DNA from: an uncultured Gammaproteobacteria bacterium
Lineage (GTDB): Bacteria; Pseudomonadota; Gammaproteobacteria; Steroidobacterales; XN24
Reading direction: 5' to 3'
DNA: 61,889 nucleotides
NCBI GenBank assembly: GCA_965364575.1
Contig: CBDTYJ010000001.1
Span: 1-61,889 of the forward strand
Positions 57,578-61,889 of this stretch are shown here, one piece after another; the stretch's first letter is position 1, and each line of letters begins with the position of its first letter. A program made the translations under genes and the position numbers. The notes beneath the pieces are model-generated. The model saw only the letters and a list, made by a program, of their open reading frames with translations, did no database searches and was not told where the DNA came from.

Positions 57578-57616
57578 GAGGCCGTGACGAGCCTGATCGT
57601 CACGGCCTCTTTCGTT
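57578..57616 (+). terminator. Rho-independent terminator of the atp operon
   Basis: Perfect 12-bp stem GAGGCCGTGACG / CGTCACGGCCTC (57578-57589 pairs with 57598-57609), an 8-nt loop, followed by TTTCGTT. Confidence 0.8.
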
Positions 57617-57742
57617 CCCGCGGACGCGATCAGGACCGCTTTGTCTTCCGCCCGGGACAATGGCGAAAATTCTGCGACCCGTTCAACTGGTTTCGTCCAA
57701 CGGGCGAGATACAATCAGCGCTTTACGACTACCCGGTGAGTC

Positions 57743-59110
57743 ATGACCGTTGAAATCGTCATCCTCGCTGCCGGCGAGGGAACCCGGATGCGCTCGGATC
57801 GGCCCAAGGTGCTGCAACCGCTTGCCGGCCGGCCGCTGCTGGACCACGTGGTCGATGCCGCGGAAGCGACAGGCTGCGAGGCGATCCACGTGGTCTACGG
57901 CTTCGGTGGCGACCAGGTGCAGGCGGCCATGGGCAGCCGGGCCCTGCACTGGGCGCACCAGGCCGAGCAGCTCGGCACGGGCCATGCGGTGGCCCAGGCG
58001 CTGCCCGGCATCTCCGATGACGCCATCGTGGTGGTCGCTTATGGCGACGTGCCGCTGATACTGCCGGAGACCCTGCGCCGGCTCGCCGCCAGCGCGAGCC
58101 CCGACGCGCTGGCGATACTCACGGCCACTTTCGACAATCCCACGGGCTATGGACGCATCGTCCGTGACAGCGCAGGGCGGGTGATCCGGATCGTCGAGCA
58201 GAAGGACGCCTCACCCGAGGAGCTGGAGATCCGGGAGGGCAACACCGGCCTGGTGGCGGCACCGGCGGCCCGCCTGCGGGACTGGCTGGGCCGTATCGGC
58301 AACGACAACGCACAGGGCGAGTATTACCTCACCGACATCGTCGAGATGGCGGTGGCCGACGGCGTCGAAGTGTTCGGCGAGACCGCCGGCAGCGTCGCCG
58401 AGGTCTCGGGCATCAACGACCGGCTCCAGCTCGCCGCGGCGGAGGCCAGTCTGCGGGAACGCCGTTGCAGGGAACTGATGCACCAGGGCGCCATCCTGGC
58501 GGACCCGGGCAGGGTCGATGTCCGCGGCCAGGTAGCCTGCGGTCGCGACGTATTCATCGATGTGGGCGTCGTCTTCGAGGGGCTCGTGGAGCTGGGTGAC
58601 CAGGTCAGCATCGGCCCGTACTGCGTGGTCCGGGATTCCATCCTGGAAGCCGGAACGGTGGTCCAGCCTCACAGCCTGATCGATCAAAGTCACGCCGGAC
58701 CCGGATGCAGCATCGGGCCGTTTGCGAGGCTGCGTCCCGGCACCAGGCTGGCCGCCAGGGCGAAGGTAGGCAACTTCGTCGAGATAAAGAACGCGGAACT
58801 CGGTGAAGGCAGCAAGGCCAATCATCTCAGTTACGTGGGCGACACGACGGTGGGCCGGGATGTGAACATCGGTGCCGGCACCATCACCTGCAACTACGAC
58901 GGCGCCAACAAGCACAGGACGGTGATCGGTGATGGAGCGTTCATCGGCTCCGGCGTCGAACTGGTGGCGCCGGTGGAGGTGGGCGAGGGCGCGACCGTCG
59001 GCGCCGGATCCACGCTCGGCAAGGATGCGCCGGCCGGCGAGCTGACCGTGGCCCGGGCCCGGCAGGTCACAGTCCGCGGCTGGAAACGGCCGGTCAAGAA
59101 AAAGACCTGA
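57743..59110 (+). CDS. glmU: bifunctional UDP-N-acetylglucosamine diphosphorylase / glucosamine-1-phosphate N-acetyltransferase
   Basis: ILAAGEGTRM nucleotidyltransferase motif and a C-terminal left-handed beta-helix of hexapeptide repeats. Confidence 0.96.
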   Translation: MTVEIVILAAGEGTRMRSDRPKVLQPLAGRPLLDHVVDAAEATGCEAIHVVYGFGGDQVQAAMGSRALHWAHQAEQLGTGHAVAQALPGISDDAIVVVAYGDVPLILPETLRRLAASASPDALAILTATFDNPTGYGRIVRDSAGRVIRIVEQKDASPEELEIREGNTGLVAAPAARLRDWLGRIGNDNAQGEYYLTDIVEMAVADGVEVFGETAGSVAEVSGINDRLQLAAAEASLRERRCRELMHQGAILADPGRVDVRGQVACGRDVFIDVGVVFEGLVELGDQVSIGPYCVVRDSILEAGTVVQPHSLIDQSHAGPGCSIGPFARLRPGTRLAARAKVGNFVEIKNAELGEGSKANHLSYVGDTTVGRDVNIGAGTITCNYDGANKHRTVIGDGAFIGSGVELVAPVEVGEGATVGAGSTLGKDAPAGELTVARARQVTVRGWKRPVKKKT

Positions 59111-59182
59111 ATTGCGAGACACGCCACGGAATTCTCCGTCCCTGCGGGCCATATTGGCGTTTTTACCGGAGCGAAATTCGAT

Positions 59183-61018
<1,836 letters not shown>

Positions 61019-61889
61019 CGCCATAATTGTCGGACGGCGTTTGTGGAATTTGGACAAAGTCGTTTACCAAGTCCGCTAGTTGTTAACTTAGCCAACTCCT
61101 ACTGCTGTTTTCTGGTGATTAAAGGCGCCGGAGAACTTGCACAAGCTGCTGATTGGCAGAAAGAAGCATCTAATTCCACGCAATTGAAAGCGTCGGAGAT
61201 AATTCGAGAGGCCGCAATACTGCGGATAGCAGAAGTCTGGCCGCTCTTCGAATAGGCAACCGCAATTGACCCAAAGCAGACGGTCGCAGCGAAAACAGGA
61301 TTAAGATGAATTGGCTATGAATTGGGATGCGGCAAGTGCGATTGCAGAAATAGTTGGCGTCGTGGGCGTAATCGTTTCGTTGATTTATCTTGCGAGACAA
61401 CTCAAAGAAAGCACGAAAGTTGCCCGCTCTCAATCTCGGCAATCAATATCCGAGTTTATTCAAAAATTCGTTGAAATTAGGACTACGCATGCCGATCGCA
61501 TGGCAAAACTGCAATCGTCAACTGATCTGACAGATGGAGACCGGGAGTTTCTGACGTGGATACATTGCCAAGTTTTGCTGCTAGGGGAAATGTATCACTA
61601 CCAATTTCATTTAGGCCTAATGCCAGTATCGCACTGGCGCCCATTCGTTAAGTTCTTCAAAGGCTACTCCACATCGTTAGGATTCAGGGACGCATGGCAG
61701 GTATTCGAAGAGAACTTTGCGGAGGAGTTTCGAGATTGGGTTCAGAAAGAAATAGTACATCCAGAATCCGACGGTGACGTTGTCGGATAATGGCTGGGTA
61801 GAGCCAAAATTCTCATACTTCTCGATGTCTGCTTCTGGCCGGAAGGCGACGGTCGCCAGGAAACTAACTGAGGGGCTGCTTGGCATCGC
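61019..61889. other. low-G+C segment at the attTn7-equivalent position (possible end of a Tn7-like element or genomic island; only its first ~870 bp are visible)
   Basis: Hand counts give 46 G+C per 100 nt (61081-61180) and 38 per 100 nt (61381-61480), against visibly about two-thirds G+C upstream. TGTGGAATTTGGACAAAGTCG starts at 61042, 23 nt after the glmS stop. No transposase gene is visible before the window ends. Confidence 0.45.
61317..61790 (+). CDS. hypothetical membrane-anchored protein (no recognisable family)
   Basis: 157-aa ORF in the low-G+C segment. It has an N-terminal TM helix (AIAEIVGVVGVIVSLIYLA), then a helical soluble part rich in aromatic and charged residues. Codon usage is clearly unlike the host genes. 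There is no strong RBS, and the start (ATG 61317 or TTG 61311) is uncertain. Confidence 0.5.
   Translation: MNWDAASAIAEIVGVVGVIVSLIYLARQLKESTKVARSQSRQSISEFIQKFVEIRTTHADRMAKLQSSTDLTDGDREFLTWIHCQVLLLGEMYHYQFHLGLMPVSHWRPFVKFFKGYSTSLGFRDAWQVFEENFAEEFRDWVQKEIVHPESDGDVVG

Noticed and set aside
57842-57896. Two CCACGTGGTC decamers about 40 bp apart in the glmU 5' end (one within the 12-bp palindrome GACCACGTGGTC) as possible parS sites.
   Set aside because: The flanks lack the GTT...AAC arms of parS. Both arise from His-Val-Val codons (CAC GTG GTC) in the coding frame.
61043-61255. 70-aa GTG-initiated ORF that begins at the second base of the putative Tn7-like terminal sequence (TGTGG at 61042). 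Also the 69-aa minus-strand ORF at 61677-61886.
   Set aside because: Neither has an RBS or recognisable motifs. The first begins inside the putative element end, and the second overlaps the 3' end of the better-supported 61317-61790 ORF. Neither is called as a gene.

Overview
This is a high-G+C chromosomal segment of gammaproteobacterial type (lineage is inference from gene content and synteny). It covers the replication-origin neighbourhood and is almost entirely core housekeeping DNA.

**Left part (1-16 kb)**
- yibQ-like deacetylase (partial), ctpA and envC lie on the minus strand, divergent from rhodanese-grxC-secB-gpsA.
- These are followed by trmL, a class-1-type pyrD, ntrC-ntrB-DUF4124-glnA and glyQ-glyS-gmhB-plsC.

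**Centre (16-31 kb)**
- gyrB-recF-dnaN-dnaA lie on the minus strand, facing rpmH-rnpA-yidD-yidC-mnmE on the plus strand.
- The 209-bp dnaA-dnaN spacer has a core of about 20% G+C and three DnaA boxes. It is the best oriC candidate.
- Two parS sites lie inside recF.
- An oxidoreductase-dioxygenase fusion gene and a GGDEF gene separate mnmE from mnmG.

**Right part (31-62 kb)**
- After mnmG come about 16 kb that interrupt the usual mnmG-rsmG linkage. This block holds two tandem OppA-like binding proteins plus oppBCDF, a DUF945 protein, gpx, a SIMPL protein, two monohaem cytochromes c, an MBL hydrolase, acuI and prpBCD.
- The canonical run rsmG-parA-parB-atpIBEFHAGDC-glmU-glmS follows.
- About 870 bp of much lower G+C DNA begin at the attTn7-equivalent position after glmS.

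I found no rRNA, tRNA or CRISPR array.

**Bottom line:** I cannot support a multi-gene, previously undescribed system inside this window. The leads most worth following are:
- the compositional break and Tn7-like terminal sequence 23 nt after glmS, whose cargo lies beyond the window;
- the single-ORF Gfo/Idh/MocA-PhyH fusion next to a GGDEF protein inside the origin cluster;
- rsmG, whose conserved N-terminus has no canonical start codon.

All coordinates, motif matches and G+C counts were derived by hand from the sequence. No database search was run.
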